From the sequence record MK639187: DNA of 64,000 bases. One strand, written 5' to 3'. Source of the DNA: Shigella phage SSE1. The notes under the pieces were generated by a model. It saw only the letters and a list, made by a program, of their open reading frames with translations. It searched no databases and was not told where the DNA came from. Both the position numbers and the translations under genes were made by a program. Positions 29,117 to 38,068 of the stretch are shown here, piece by piece; position 1 is the first letter of the stretch, and the number at the start of each line of letters is the position of its first letter.

Positions 29117-29301
29117 GCAAATTAACTAAAGTTACTTTTATTGGCTGGTTTAAAAGCGGTGAGATGTTCACTAAAGATATCATGTTATCAGGTGACCGTG
29201 AAGAAATTGAGTGGGTTGCTGTACAACTTGCTGAAGTGAACAACGCATTAGTTAAAGCATTTGTTAATGACGAGAAAGTTTTTGAAGCCGATTTTCGATA
29301 A
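29113..29301 (+). CDS. Hypothetical small protein
   Basis: ATG 29113 after GAGGA. Confidence 0.4.
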   Translation: MSKLTKVTFIGWFKSGEMFTKDIMLSGDREEIEWVAVQLAEVNNALVKAFVNDEKVFEADFR

Positions 29302-29314
29302 TTTTAAAATAACT

Positions 29315-29344
29315 GTTTACAAGCATCGCATACTGTGTTACTAT
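29315..29344 (+). promoter_or_regulatory. T4-type early promoter (GTTTAC...TACTAT)
   Basis: Seen in sequence. Confidence 0.55.
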
Positions 29345-29372
29345 CTTTCTATCAACTACAGAGGAAATTGAA

Positions 29373-29741
29373 ATGAAAAAATTAATCGCTTTAGCAATGG
29401 TATTTGGATTAACCGGATGTGGTGCCCATGGCTTTATCCCTAATAACGTTGGCCAACTGATTTACAATCCGAATGTTAAACAGTATGACCAACCTAAAGT
29501 TGAAGTGGAAGACCCGGTTACTGTAGGTAATCGAATGATTCAAGCTGATGCTCATGCTCAACGTTATCGTGATTCTGATACTGTAGCTGTGTCAAAAGAA
29601 CAGCGCGTTAAAGAACATTGTCTACAGGCTACTGAAATCGCATTCATTCGCTATATTGAAACAACTGGTAAAGAGCCTACCCAGAAACAAATCGCGAATA
29701 ACTACGTCCAGTGTATTGAACGTTTAAACAAATTTAATTAA
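29373..29741 (+). CDS. Putative lipoprotein
   Basis: Signal peptide with lipobox LTGC. Confidence 0.55.
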   Translation: MKKLIALAMVFGLTGCGAHGFIPNNVGQLIYNPNVKQYDQPKVEVEDPVTVGNRMIQADAHAQRYRDSDTVAVSKEQRVKEHCLQATEIAFIRYIETTGKEPTQKQIANNYVQCIERLNKFN

Positions 29742-29744
29742 TTG

Positions 29745-29774
29745 GTTTACACCAAAGTTAAAACAAGATATTAT
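29745..29774 (+). promoter_or_regulatory. T4-type early promoter (GTTTAC...TATTAT)
   Basis: Seen in sequence. Confidence 0.55.
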
Positions 29775-29802
29775 AAACATAACAAATTAAGAGGAAATTA
29801 AC

Positions 29803-30051
29803 ATGGAATTATTCGTAGCTAGTTCAGTAGCAGTTTTAATCGCAGGTATTGGTTCAATCATCATTTACATGTTGCCTTGGGTAATCGCACTTATTCGTGG
29901 CACAAAAAGCACAACAGCAATCTTCTTTATATCTTTACTCTTTAACTGGACGATGATTGGTTGGATCGGAACTTTAATTTGGTCTATCGTTGCCGAAAAG
30001 AAATCTGCTCAGCAGCCTCAACAAGTAATTATTATTCGCGAAAAAGAATAA
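29803..30051 (+). CDS. imm: Superinfection immunity protein (Imm-like)
   Basis: 82 aa, two TM segments, FNWTMIGWIGTLIWS motif. Confidence 0.65.
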   Translation: MELFVASSVAVLIAGIGSIIIYMLPWVIALIRGTKSTTAIFFISLLFNWTMIGWIGTLIWSIVAEKKSAQQPQQVIIIREKE

Positions 30052-30055
30052 ACCT

Positions 30056-30092
30056 GTTTACATTATAGATGGACTCTATAGTATAGTAGTCC
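30056..30092 (+). promoter_or_regulatory. Early promoter with GGACT/AGTCC stem (PeSL-like)
   Basis: GTTTAC-17-TAGTAT. Confidence 0.5.
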
Positions 30093-30116
30093 TATCAAAT
30101 CAACTAAGGAGTTAAA

Positions 30117-30410
30117 ATGAAAAAGTTATCATTGGCAGCAATCTTACTTGCAGTATCATGCGCACCAGCTCCAGTTACGGCAGGTTATGATAAAGACCTC
30201 TGTGAGTGGTCAATGACTGCAAATCAAGAAGATGTTGAACAACAAATCTTCTCTGATATCATGAACATCACTAAACGAGACCGTCCTAATATGGTTAATA
30301 AAGTTGTTGAACAACTTAAGTCTGGTGGTATCATGCAGTACAATTATGTTTTGTATTGTGACCCTAATTTCGATAACAAAGATATCGTAACCGAAATCAC
30401 AGGTGAATAA
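30117..30410 (+). CDS. Secreted/lipoprotein, possibly spackle-like
   Basis: 97 aa, signal peptide with AVSC lipobox. Confidence 0.5.
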   Translation: MKKLSLAAILLAVSCAPAPVTAGYDKDLCEWSMTANQEDVEQQIFSDIMNITKRDRPNMVNKVVEQLKSGGIMQYNYVLYCDPNFDNKDIVTEITGE

Positions 30411-30411
30411 T

Positions 30412-31062
30412 ATGATTTATTATATGCACAAAAATGCGCCATTTAAATATGGTAAATTTCCTAATGCACAATGTTATAATATAACGCCGAATGAAAATAA
30501 TAAAGGATATCATATTGGTGTAATTTTTGTAATTGTTAAAGATAACGAAATCGTTGCCTGGGCAGATTTTAAAGGTACAACGTATGATGTTAATCCGGTG
30601 CCTTTCACATATTACAATATAATGGATTTGGCATATGATTATAATTGGTTTAATCATGACGCGTTGGTTCATATTGAAGGTGTAGGATTTGACATCTCCT
30701 ATTCTAGCTATTCATTATGTCCTATGAGCCGAGCTCACGGTAAAGATGTATCATATCTTTCAATTCGGAAACGTGTAAACTTCAAACGTAGTACAGAGTA
30801 TGTTGGTGGACTCTTTGTTAAAGATAATAAAATAACCCGTATTAGTTATCCTTTAAGTGTAGGTCAAAAAGATGTTGATGTTGATTTAGACTTAACCGAA
30901 AATAACATTAATCATATTGCTTCTGTATATTTTGATATTGATGAAAAAATTGTAGTATGTGGATACGAATTACCACCTGAAGAAAAGGCTGAAGCAATTG
31001 AAGTCGAATTAGAAATTTCTGTTGATGACCAAATATTTAATGCATTTATGAATCGAGGTTAA
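30412..31062 (+). CDS. Hypothetical protein
   Basis: ATG 30412 after AGGTGA; ORF-track start 30403 is GTG. Confidence 0.5.
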   Translation: MIYYMHKNAPFKYGKFPNAQCYNITPNENNKGYHIGVIFVIVKDNEIVAWADFKGTTYDVNPVPFTYYNIMDLAYDYNWFNHDALVHIEGVGFDISYSSYSLCPMSRAHGKDVSYLSIRKRVNFKRSTEYVGGLFVKDNKITRISYPLSVGQKDVDVDLDLTENNINHIASVYFDIDEKIVVCGYELPPEEKAEAIEVELEISVDDQIFNAFMNRG

Positions 31063-31063
31063 A

Positions 31064-31261
31064 ATGACTACTGCAATTTGCACTGGTTCTAAAATTAGTG
31101 TTTTTACAAGTTTTGAAGATTATGAAGTTGTTTCAAAACACCAATACCATATTAGCGTAAAAGCTAATGATGGCGTAATTTGGAATATTCCACAGTATGA
31201 AGGCACTACATATGAAGTCACAGATATAAATGGTGACAAAGCAATCTTTGTAATTGATTAA
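31064..31261 (+). CDS. Hypothetical small protein
   Basis: 65-aa ORF. Confidence 0.4.
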   Translation: MTTAICTGSKISVFTSFEDYEVVSKHQYHISVKANDGVIWNIPQYEGTTYEVTDINGDKAIFVID

Positions 31262-31280
31262 ATATACTCAGGAGGTACCT

Positions 31281-31748
31281 ATGGGTATTATTAACACTGC
31301 AATAGATTCTGTTTATGCATATAAGTTTATTCGACTAATGCAAAAACCTTTTACCGAATGGAAAGCATACGAAGCCAAAATCATCGATGAACGTGGAAGT
31401 GTTCTTAAACGTCCTTCTACTCCCGAAGAAAAAGCGGCGTATACACCTTTTCATGCTTCAGTTCGTTCAATGAAGCGAATGATGAGCACTGTTCCGGGTC
31501 TTAATGGAATGGCCTCAATGATGTCTGCCTGGAGTGCTGTAGCTTCACGCTATAACATTACGGAAGAACAGCAGAAAGAAATATTTAAAGAACTCCCTTT
31601 ATTTGAGGATATGGTTGCTGGTGATTCAGGTGGCAGCCCTCAAGCTATTGCATCAGGAACAACTACAGGTGCAGTAGTAAATAAAGGTCCAGAACAAATT
31701 CCTTCCAAGAAAAGAAAGCGAATTAAAGTAAATATTAATAAGTTGTGA
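31281..31748 (+). CDS. Hypothetical protein
   Basis: ATG 31281 after AGGAGG. Confidence 0.5.
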   Translation: MGIINTAIDSVYAYKFIRLMQKPFTEWKAYEAKIIDERGSVLKRPSTPEEKAAYTPFHASVRSMKRMMSTVPGLNGMASMMSAWSAVASRYNITEEQQKEIFKELPLFEDMVAGDSGGSPQAIASGTTTGAVVNKGPEQIPSKKRKRIKVNINKL

Positions 31749-31787
31749 TATGATGGCCTTATTAATTTAAGGCCTCTGGAGAATACT

Positions 31788-32810
31788 ATGGCTGAATGGA
31801 TAGATAATGAATTTGCTTATCGTGCGTTTTCTCACCTACCTCGTTTTAGACAAATCAATAATTCAAGCACATTTAAATTAACATTTCGTTGTCCAGTTTG
31901 TGGCGACTCCCAGACAGATGCAATGAAAGCTCGCGGTTGGTATTATGGCGGTACTCCTGGTAATGTACATTGCTATAACTGCCAATACCACAATACAATT
32001 TCCGGATACTTAAAAGAGTATGATGAAGAGCTTTACCGCGAATATCTAATGGAAGTTCGTAAAGAAAAAGCTAGAATGGAACCAAAGATTGAAAAGGTTC
32101 CTGAAGCTAAGCCGGAGCCAGAGAAAAAGACTATAAATTCTTTGCCGTCTTGTTCTCGTCTGGACAAGCTGCCTGAAGAGCATCCTATTGTGAAATATGT
32201 TAAGTCTCGATGCATTCCTAAAGAATCATGGAACAGATTATGGTTCACATTAGAATGGCCTAAATTGGTCAACAAGATTCAACCTGGTACGTATAAGAAA
32301 GAGATTCCCGAACCACGTTTAGTGATTCCTATTTTTAATAAAGACGGGAAGGCTGAGTCATTCCAAGGACGTGCACTTCGTAAAGATGCTCCTCAGAAAT
32401 ATATCACTATTAAAGCGTTTGAGTCCGCAACAAAAATTTATGGTGTTGAACGTGTTAAGGAAGGGGACGTCTGGGTAATGGAAGGCCCTATTGATAGTTT
32501 ATTCATACCCAATGCAATCGCTATTACAGGCGGCTCAATAGATTTAGATGTGGTACCATTTAAAGAACGTCGGGTATGGGTAATGGATAATGAACCTAGG
32601 CATCCGGATACTATAGCTCGCATGAAGCGATTAGTTGATGCAGGCGAACGTGTCATGTTCTGGGACCGAGCTCCATGGAGATCAAAGGATGTGAATGATA
32701 TGGTAATGAAAGAAAATGCAACACCACAAGAAATTTTAGAATATATGAAACAGAATATTTCAAGTGGGTTGCATGCTAAAATGAGATTATCTCGTTATTC
32801 GAAGATTTAA
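31788..32810 (+). CDS. 61: DNA primase gp61
   Basis: 340 aa, N-terminal zinc ribbon CPVCGD...CYNC, TOPRIM-like core. Confidence 0.85.
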   Translation: MAEWIDNEFAYRAFSHLPRFRQINNSSTFKLTFRCPVCGDSQTDAMKARGWYYGGTPGNVHCYNCQYHNTISGYLKEYDEELYREYLMEVRKEKARMEPKIEKVPEAKPEPEKKTINSLPSCSRLDKLPEEHPIVKYVKSRCIPKESWNRLWFTLEWPKLVNKIQPGTYKKEIPEPRLVIPIFNKDGKAESFQGRALRKDAPQKYITIKAFESATKIYGVERVKEGDVWVMEGPIDSLFIPNAIAITGGSIDLDVVPFKERRVWVMDNEPRHPDTIARMKRLVDAGERVMFWDRAPWRSKDVNDMVMKENATPQEILEYMKQNISSGLHAKMRLSRYSKI

Positions 32811-33004
32811 ACAAGCCCTATAATAGCAAAGGCCAAATCAACTACAGTATCCAATGGAACAGAAGGAACTATAATACCATGGGCAACTAACAATGGCGCA
32901 ATCCCGAAGTTCCATGAAATAATGCCACCTACAACTATTGCAGCGATAGCAGTTTTCTTTTTATTGCCTTTAATAGCGTTGATTAACGATGGAAGTTTAA
33001 ACAT
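32807..33004 (-). CDS. Small membrane protein on the opposite strand
   Basis: 65 aa, two hydrophobic segments; SD AAGGAGA and late-promoter-like AATAAATA upstream on the - strand. Confidence 0.5.
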   Translation of the reverse strand: MFKLPSLINAIKGNKKKTAIAAIVVGGIISWNFGIAPLLVAHGIIVPSVPLDTVVDLAFAIIGLV

Positions 33005-33025
33005 AATATCTCCTTAGTTACCTAT

Positions 33026-33033
33026 TATTTATT
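33026..33033 (-). promoter_or_regulatory. Late-promoter-like AATAAATA upstream of the - strand membrane ORF
   Basis: One mismatch to TATAAATA, about 22 nt upstream of the ATG. Confidence 0.35.
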
Positions 33034-33091
33034 ACGCTTTATAAAATTAATGTTAGAATTAACTCTCTTATACTGAATTGAAAGGATATAT

Positions 33092-33742
33092 GTGAATTAC
33101 CAAAAAATTTACTCGGATTTAATTACAAAAGCTAAATGCCGGCATCTTGGCGGATATAAAGAACGCCATCATATAATTCCTAGATGTATGGGAGGAGCAG
33201 ATGGCAAAAACAATCTTGTTGAGTTAACTGCGCGTGAGCATTTTATAGCTCATAGATTATTAACTAAAATATATCCAGATGTGAGAGGATTGCATTATGC
33301 TGTAAATTTAATGCGATATAATAAAGGTGTTAAATTAACAAGTAGATTAATAGAAACCCTTAAAATCCAAAACTCTGTTCTTTTCTCGGGTGAAAATAAT
33401 CCTAGATATGGCAAGCCGTCATGGATTAAAGGTAAAAAGACTCCAGAAGAAACTAAAGCCAAAATGCGTCTAGCTCATAAAGGTAAAATTATATCCGATG
33501 AAGCCAAGGCTAATATGAGTAAAGCCCGAAAAGGAAGATTTAGCGGTAAAAATTCGCCTCGATATGGTTTACCAAATCCTAGGCGAGGAGAAATATGGAA
33601 TAGTTATGATGCGCTTTATGAATTATGGGTTTATAATAATAGACCTAAGCGCACAAAATTTAATAAAATAGCTGTCAAGGCAGGTTATCCTAATATCTGC
33701 TATAGACATATGATAGAAAACTTCATAAGAAAGGAAAATAAC
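33092..33742 (+). CDS. HNH homing-endonuclease-like domain, reads in frame into gp56 without a stop
   Basis: GTG start; HHIIPRCMGG HNH core; NUMOD3-like repeats (GENNPRYGKP, GKNSPRYGLP). Confidence 0.65.
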
Positions 33743-34264
33743 ATGCCACATTTCAACGAATGTAGTCAACTGATCGAAGGTGTTGATAAAGCAGAAGAAG
33801 CTTATTTTAATGCTCTGATTCATGAAGATAAAGACCCACTGCAGGTAATGCTTGATATGCAGAAATCTTTACAGGTTCGTCTGGCAAATGACAAGCCTGA
33901 ACATAACAAACATCCTGATGAATTAGCCACTGCTGGCGATGTTGTTGATTGGCTGCGTAATCAGAAAGATTATATTGATGATGAATTCCGTGAACTGCTG
34001 ACTTCACTTGGTGGTATGAGCAATGGTGAAAAAGCCGCTAGCTCTGTATGGAAGCCTTGGAAAGCTCAACATGCTGAATATCGAAATCGTCGTATCTATG
34101 AACTGTCTCCTGAAGACCAGCTTGAAATTAAATTCGAGATGATTGATATTCTGCACTTCGTTCTGAACATGTTCCAAGGTCTGGGTCTTTCTGCTGAAGA
34201 AATCTTTAAACTTTACTACTTGAAAAACCAACACAACTTTGAACGCCAGGATAATGGTTACTGA
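33743..34264 (+). CDS. 56: dCTP pyrophosphatase gp56
   Basis: Internal ATG 33743 after AAGGAAA; 173 aa recognised as T4 gp56-like. Confidence 0.85.
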   Translation: MPHFNECSQLIEGVDKAEEAYFNALIHEDKDPLQVMLDMQKSLQVRLANDKPEHNKHPDELATAGDVVDWLRNQKDYIDDEFRELLTSLGGMSNGEKAASSVWKPWKAQHAEYRNRRIYELSPEDQLEIKFEMIDILHFVLNMFQGLGLSAEEIFKLYYLKNQHNFERQDNGY

Positions 34265-34270
34265 TTAAGT

Positions 34271-34278
34271 TATAAATA
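34271..34278 (+). promoter_or_regulatory. T4 late promoter TATAAATA upstream of soc
   Basis: Exact consensus 32 nt upstream of soc ATG. Confidence 0.6.
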
Positions 34279-34309
34279 CACCTGTAATTAAACAACAAAG
34301 GAGTTAATT

Positions 34310-34546
34310 ATGGGTGGTTACGTTAATATCAAAACCTTTACGCATCCTGCAGGTGAAGGCAAAGAAGTTAAAGGTATGGAAGTTTCTGTACCGTTTGAGA
34401 TTTATTCAAACGAACATCGGATTGCAGATTCTCATTACCAAATCTTTCCATCAGAAAAGGCAGCTTATTCTGATGTCGTTTCTGATGCAGCAACTTGGAA
34501 AACTAAGAACGCAGCAATGTTTACCCCTACACCAGTAAGTGGTTAA
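34310..34546 (+). CDS. soc: Small outer capsid protein Soc
   Basis: 78 aa; GYVNIKTF and FPSEKAAYS recognised as Soc-like; TATAAATA late promoter upstream. Confidence 0.8.
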   Translation: MGGYVNIKTFTHPAGEGKEVKGMEVSVPFEIYSNEHRIADSHYQIFPSEKAAYSDVVSDAATWKTKNAAMFTPTPVSG

Positions 34547-34554
34547 ATAATTTA

Positions 34555-34582
34555 AGGAATCCTTCGGGATTCCTTTTTTTTT
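34555..34582 (+). terminator. Intrinsic terminator after soc (AGGAATCC-TTCG-GGATTCCT, T9)
   Basis: Seen in sequence. Confidence 0.75.
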
Positions 34583-34591
34583 GTTTCTACA

Positions 34592-34621
34592 GTTTACAAC
34601 CACTAAAAACTGTGTTAAGAT
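34592..34621 (+). promoter_or_regulatory. T4-type early promoter (GTTTAC...TAAGAT)
   Basis: Seen in sequence. Confidence 0.55.
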
Positions 34622-34649
34622 ATTATTACTTACTCAAGAGGAGAACAAT

Positions 34650-34877
34650 ATGTTAAATCGTTGGATTAAACCTAATAACACATTAGGTGCTTTGATTGCT
34701 CAAGAAGTTTCGTTGAAATACGGTCTTGGATATTATGATGATGTAGTCGTACACTCATTCATGATGGATGGCGAAGACGTCAAATTTAACGCCGAAATCC
34801 GTTGGGACGATGGCGGTGTTCGTTTTGTTCGAGGAACAATTAATGCTTACGATGCTGAAGAAGTTGTTTGCTGTTAA
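34650..34877 (+). CDS. Hypothetical protein
   Basis: ATG 34650 after GAGGAGA and an early promoter. Confidence 0.5.
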   Translation: MLNRWIKPNNTLGALIAQEVSLKYGLGYYDDVVVHSFMMDGEDVKFNAEIRWDDGGVRFVRGTINAYDAEEVVCC

Positions 34878-34890
34878 ACCAGGCGAAGGT

Positions 34891-35079
34891 ATGATGCCTA
34901 TTCCTGATACACGTGAAAAGGCTTGGGAATACATTGGTGACGGCATGATGGAAGAAGTTATTCGTCCAAAGTCTGCTTCAAGCTCTTCAAGTTATAATCA
35001 TTCATACGTATCGTCTTGGTCTGGTGATTCTGGGTCAAGTTATTCTGATTGTGATTCAAGCTCAGGGAGCTGCGAATGA
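34891..35079 (+). CDS. Hypothetical protein with Ser/Cys-rich C-terminus
   Basis: ATG 34891 after previous stop. Confidence 0.4.
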   Translation: MMPIPDTREKAWEYIGDGMMEEVIRPKSASSSSSYNHSYVSSWSGDSGSSYSDCDSSSGSCE

Positions 35080-35255
35080 ACAAGATAGTTAAATGGTTTA
35101 AAAGCTGGGACGATGGTGTCGGTCCAGAAGATTGGCTGGATGTTCTTGAAGAGAATATGGCTAAAGAATTCCAGAAACATGAAGAAAAGCTCGTCGAAGA
35201 TGAAGGCGAACGTATTGTAAAACTTTATATGGGTGAACCATCGAGGAAATTATAA
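35076..35255 (+). CDS. Hypothetical small protein
   Basis: 59-aa ORF read by hand, ATGA overlaps at both ends. Confidence 0.35.
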   Translation: MNKIVKWFKSWDDGVGPEDWLDVLEENMAKEFQKHEEKLVEDEGERIVKLYMGEPSRKL

Positions 35256-35719
35256 TGGATGCTATGCTATTTAAAATGTATTTGCTTGAAGCCAAGTCAT
35301 TTAAACATATACCAGTGGAAGATAAGACTCCACTAGAAATAGCTATTCTAATTAACAAAAGTCTAAATAATCCGCAATATATCGTAGAAGAATTCTGCAA
35401 ATTGCAGATTCCTAAAGGTTACAAAATTCGTGTAGAGCGAGTTGGAGCTATTACTCGTTCTAAAAATTCTCCGTTTAGTCTTGAAGAAGGCATAAAGGAC
35501 TTAGGTTATGAATCTACGGAAAATGCAGTTTATGTGAATCCTGAAAAGCGTTTAGACTTGTTTGAAAAGCGAGACCATAAGTATTTTGCCAAAAAATACT
35601 TTATTACATCATTAGCAGATTTAGTCCATTTGCAACGAGCTATTTGGAAATTTTTTAAGACAAAAGGTGTAGCGCTAGAAACATTCTCTGAACCTGCTAG
35701 TTTTTATCTCGGTGAATAA
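35255..35719 (+). CDS. Hypothetical protein
   Basis: 154-aa ORF. Confidence 0.5.
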   Translation: MDAMLFKMYLLEAKSFKHIPVEDKTPLEIAILINKSLNNPQYIVEEFCKLQIPKGYKIRVERVGAITRSKNSPFSLEEGIKDLGYESTENAVYVNPEKRLDLFEKRDHKYFAKKYFITSLADLVHLQRAIWKFFKTKGVALETFSEPASFYLGE

Positions 35720-35900
35720 TATGGACTTGATGAGTATGTTTGATGAGCCCGAAGTTGAGGCTCCTAAAGTGCATCGTAGTGAACTTGTTGATGAACTAGA
35801 TAGTATTATACAACGTCACGGCTTTAGTTTACCTGTCGAAGCCCTGAAAGACCTTGCCTCTTATTATGACGACCCTCCACCATGGAGTCCTTGGAAATGA
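35712..35900 (+). CDS. Hypothetical acidic protein
   Basis: 62-aa ORF. Confidence 0.45.
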   Translation: MNNMDLMSMFDEPEVEAPKVHRSELVDELDSIIQRHGFSLPVEALKDLASYYDDPPPWSPWK

Positions 35901-36061
35901 AAGAGAAATTTAAAGAGAAATTCTTACTAGAAATCAAGGAAAAAGACTTTGAGACATGGTATCGAATGGTGAAAGGGTTGACATTGCTTTTTAAAGCATC
36001 ATTATTCATGTTAGAACAACCAGGTCCTGATGGACCTTTAGTAGGAAAGCTTAAAAAGTAG
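35897..36061 (+). CDS. Hypothetical small protein
   Basis: 54-aa ORF read by hand. Confidence 0.3.
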   Translation: MKEKFKEKFLLEIKEKDFETWYRMVKGLTLLFKASLFMLEQPGPDGPLVGKLKK

Positions 36062-36089
36062 TTTACATTCCCTCCTCTCGTGTTATGAT
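36061..36089 (+). promoter_or_regulatory. T4-type early promoter (GTTTAC-17-TATGAT)
   Basis: Seen in sequence. Confidence 0.55.
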
Positions 36090-36189
36090 AGGCTTATCTT
36101 TAAATGGAGGTCTATCATGACATGTCAATCTGAACTTCAAGAACGCGAATACCTAACAAAATCATTCATTTGAAAATGTTGAATTTTTA

Positions 36190-36219
36190 GTGTACAAACT
36201 CTACTGACGATGATATTAT
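36190..36219 (+). promoter_or_regulatory. Early promoter (GTGTAC...TATTAT) upstream of Mod-like gene
   Basis: Seen in sequence. Confidence 0.5.
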
Positions 36220-36247
36220 ACTTTTATCAACCACAGGAGAAACCTAA

Positions 36248-36856
36248 ATGTTTATGCCGTATAACGAGTGTGAAATTGAAGAAATGGTTCGTCGTGCTCA
36301 AAACCCCGAATATCAAGATGTATTGCAGTACGAAATTGATAGTCAATTCAGCGACATTGAACAAAGTGTACTGTGGCAATGTATGGAAAACAAGCCAGAC
36401 TGTATTCAACAGGAGTTAAGTTCAATCGTTCGTAGAAATTGGACGTCTTCTGTTCCTGAGACAATGTATCGTGGAATCTCTAAGAAAACTATGGCCACAC
36501 TCGATGATAAAGGCGTTGGTAGTATTATTAAATTTGACAGAGTAATGAGCTTTAGTCCGGTGTTCGGTGTAGCACGTAACTTTGCTTCGTATAATTTTTA
36601 CGGAACATTTAATATGTTCTGCATCAAAGATGCACCATTTGCTTTCAACTTCCGTGAACATATGCTTAACATGATTCTGGCTGCACCATCTTGTGAGTTC
36701 AATGGAGCTTTCCCTGAAGCGACAAGACGGTCTAATGCTAGACTTATATCTGACGAATGTGAATTTATGCTCCCTATAGGGACTACACTGCGTGTAGATT
36801 CTATTATTCAAGATGGACGTTATACAATCTGGAATCTGTCTATTGTTGGTTACTGA
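36248..36856 (+). CDS. ADP-ribosyltransferase, ModA/ModB-like (R-S-E class)
   Basis: 202 aa; Arg in MYRGISKK, SFS, and ECEF (E-x-E) in the expected order. Confidence 0.55.
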   Translation: MFMPYNECEIEEMVRRAQNPEYQDVLQYEIDSQFSDIEQSVLWQCMENKPDCIQQELSSIVRRNWTSSVPETMYRGISKKTMATLDDKGVGSIIKFDRVMSFSPVFGVARNFASYNFYGTFNMFCIKDAPFAFNFREHMLNMILAAPSCEFNGAFPEATRRSNARLISDECEFMLPIGTTLRVDSIIQDGRYTIWNLSIVGY

Positions 36857-36929
36857 CTGGATTGGAATAACCGGATGGAACTCAGAACCATTATAACACA
36901 TAAAAAATTAAAGCATTTTATGAAAAAGA

Positions 36930-36958
36930 GTGTACACTACCTGAGGGCATGATATTAT
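36930..36958 (+). promoter_or_regulatory. Early promoter (GTGTAC-17-TATTAT)
   Basis: Seen in sequence. Confidence 0.5.
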
Positions 36959-37007
36959 AGACCTATCAGCTAAATGGCCTAACGTCCGTAAGACAGAGGA
37001 AAATATT

Positions 37008-37754
37008 ATGTTATCAAATAATAAAATTAACAAAATCAATCGTCGTCTTGACCACACCAGAGCTTCTGCGAAGAGACGCTCTAAGGATTTTAACTTAGAC
37101 TTTAATTACCTTAAAAACATTCTTGATCAAAAGGTCTGCGCTTACTCAGGTGAATCTTTCAATAACTCTGTTGAAGGTGAGAAATTATCCTTAGAACGTT
37201 TTAATAACGATATCGGCTACATTAAAGGTAATGTTATCCCGGTTAAGAAAAAATATAACACGGCTCGTTCTGATTTAACATTAGAAGAACTTATTGAAAA
37301 ACGTGATGCCATTGCAAGACGTATCGCTAATCCTTCTGCCCGTAAAGTAGAGAAACTTAATCTCGACGAGAAGAAATGGGCCCAAATTAAAAAGGTTTAT
37401 GGTACTATTTTAAAAATCCGAGCAAAACGTGAAAATCGTGTTAAGCATATGGCGAACATGATGAAAAATCAACCTTTATCTAACGAATCTAAACTTAGAA
37501 TTGTTGCTTTGAAAGCACGCATTAATGGCTCACATCAAGCAGAAGGTCATGAACTTACTAAACTCAACGTTCTTCTTAAAGGCTCTGACTGGAAAACTAA
37601 AACTAAATTAACTGACGCTGAATCGCTTTTCGATACATATGATAAAGTTATCCAAGGTCTGCAACGTTTTGAAAAGATTGGTTTCATTGGTAAATTAAAA
37701 TTGAAACGTGGCTTACCACTTAGCGCATCATTATTCCAACTGATTAAAGGTTAA
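37008..37754 (+). CDS. srd: Srd-like protein (by position upstream of dda.1/dda)
   Basis: 248-aa basic protein; assignment by synteny. Confidence 0.4.
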   Translation: MLSNNKINKINRRLDHTRASAKRRSKDFNLDFNYLKNILDQKVCAYSGESFNNSVEGEKLSLERFNNDIGYIKGNVIPVKKKYNTARSDLTLEELIEKRDAIARRIANPSARKVEKLNLDEKKWAQIKKVYGTILKIRAKRENRVKHMANMMKNQPLSNESKLRIVALKARINGSHQAEGHELTKLNVLLKGSDWKTKTKLTDAESLFDTYDKVIQGLQRFEKIGFIGKLKLKRGLPLSASLFQLIKG

Positions 37755-37756
37755 TT

Positions 37757-38068
37757 ATGGTTTATGTATATGCAATAGTTTATCGAGATATGGAAGGATT
37801 TACTGTCCCGGTTCCACTTGATGAGCATCGTCCTGCAGTATTTTTTAGAAAAGATATTGCAGATAAAGTTTTCGATACTTTGAAAACACAGTATAAAACA
37901 GATTTAAAAATGGGAGTTCTAAGAATGGTCGAAACTCCGCGTAAGTTCTGGTTTAATAAGCTTGAAATGAAACACGTTAAACTAGATGCGGAGACGCAAA
38001 AATTGTATCAACGAATCCTGGATACAGGCCGTATTGTTAGTATTCCAATTGCAGGGACTTTACGATGA
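37757..38068 (+). CDS. Hypothetical protein (dda.1-like position)
   Basis: 103-aa ORF. Confidence 0.5.
   Translation: MVYVYAIVYRDMEGFTVPVPLDEHRPAVFFRKDIADKVFDTLKTQYKTDLKMGVLRMVETPRKFWFNKLEMKHVKLDAETQKLYQRILDTGRIVSIPIAGTLR

Noticed and set aside
30117-30410. Firm identification as T4 spackle (Sp)
   Set aside because: The secreted-protein features fit, but the position (upstream of gp61) differs from T4, so only a tentative label is given
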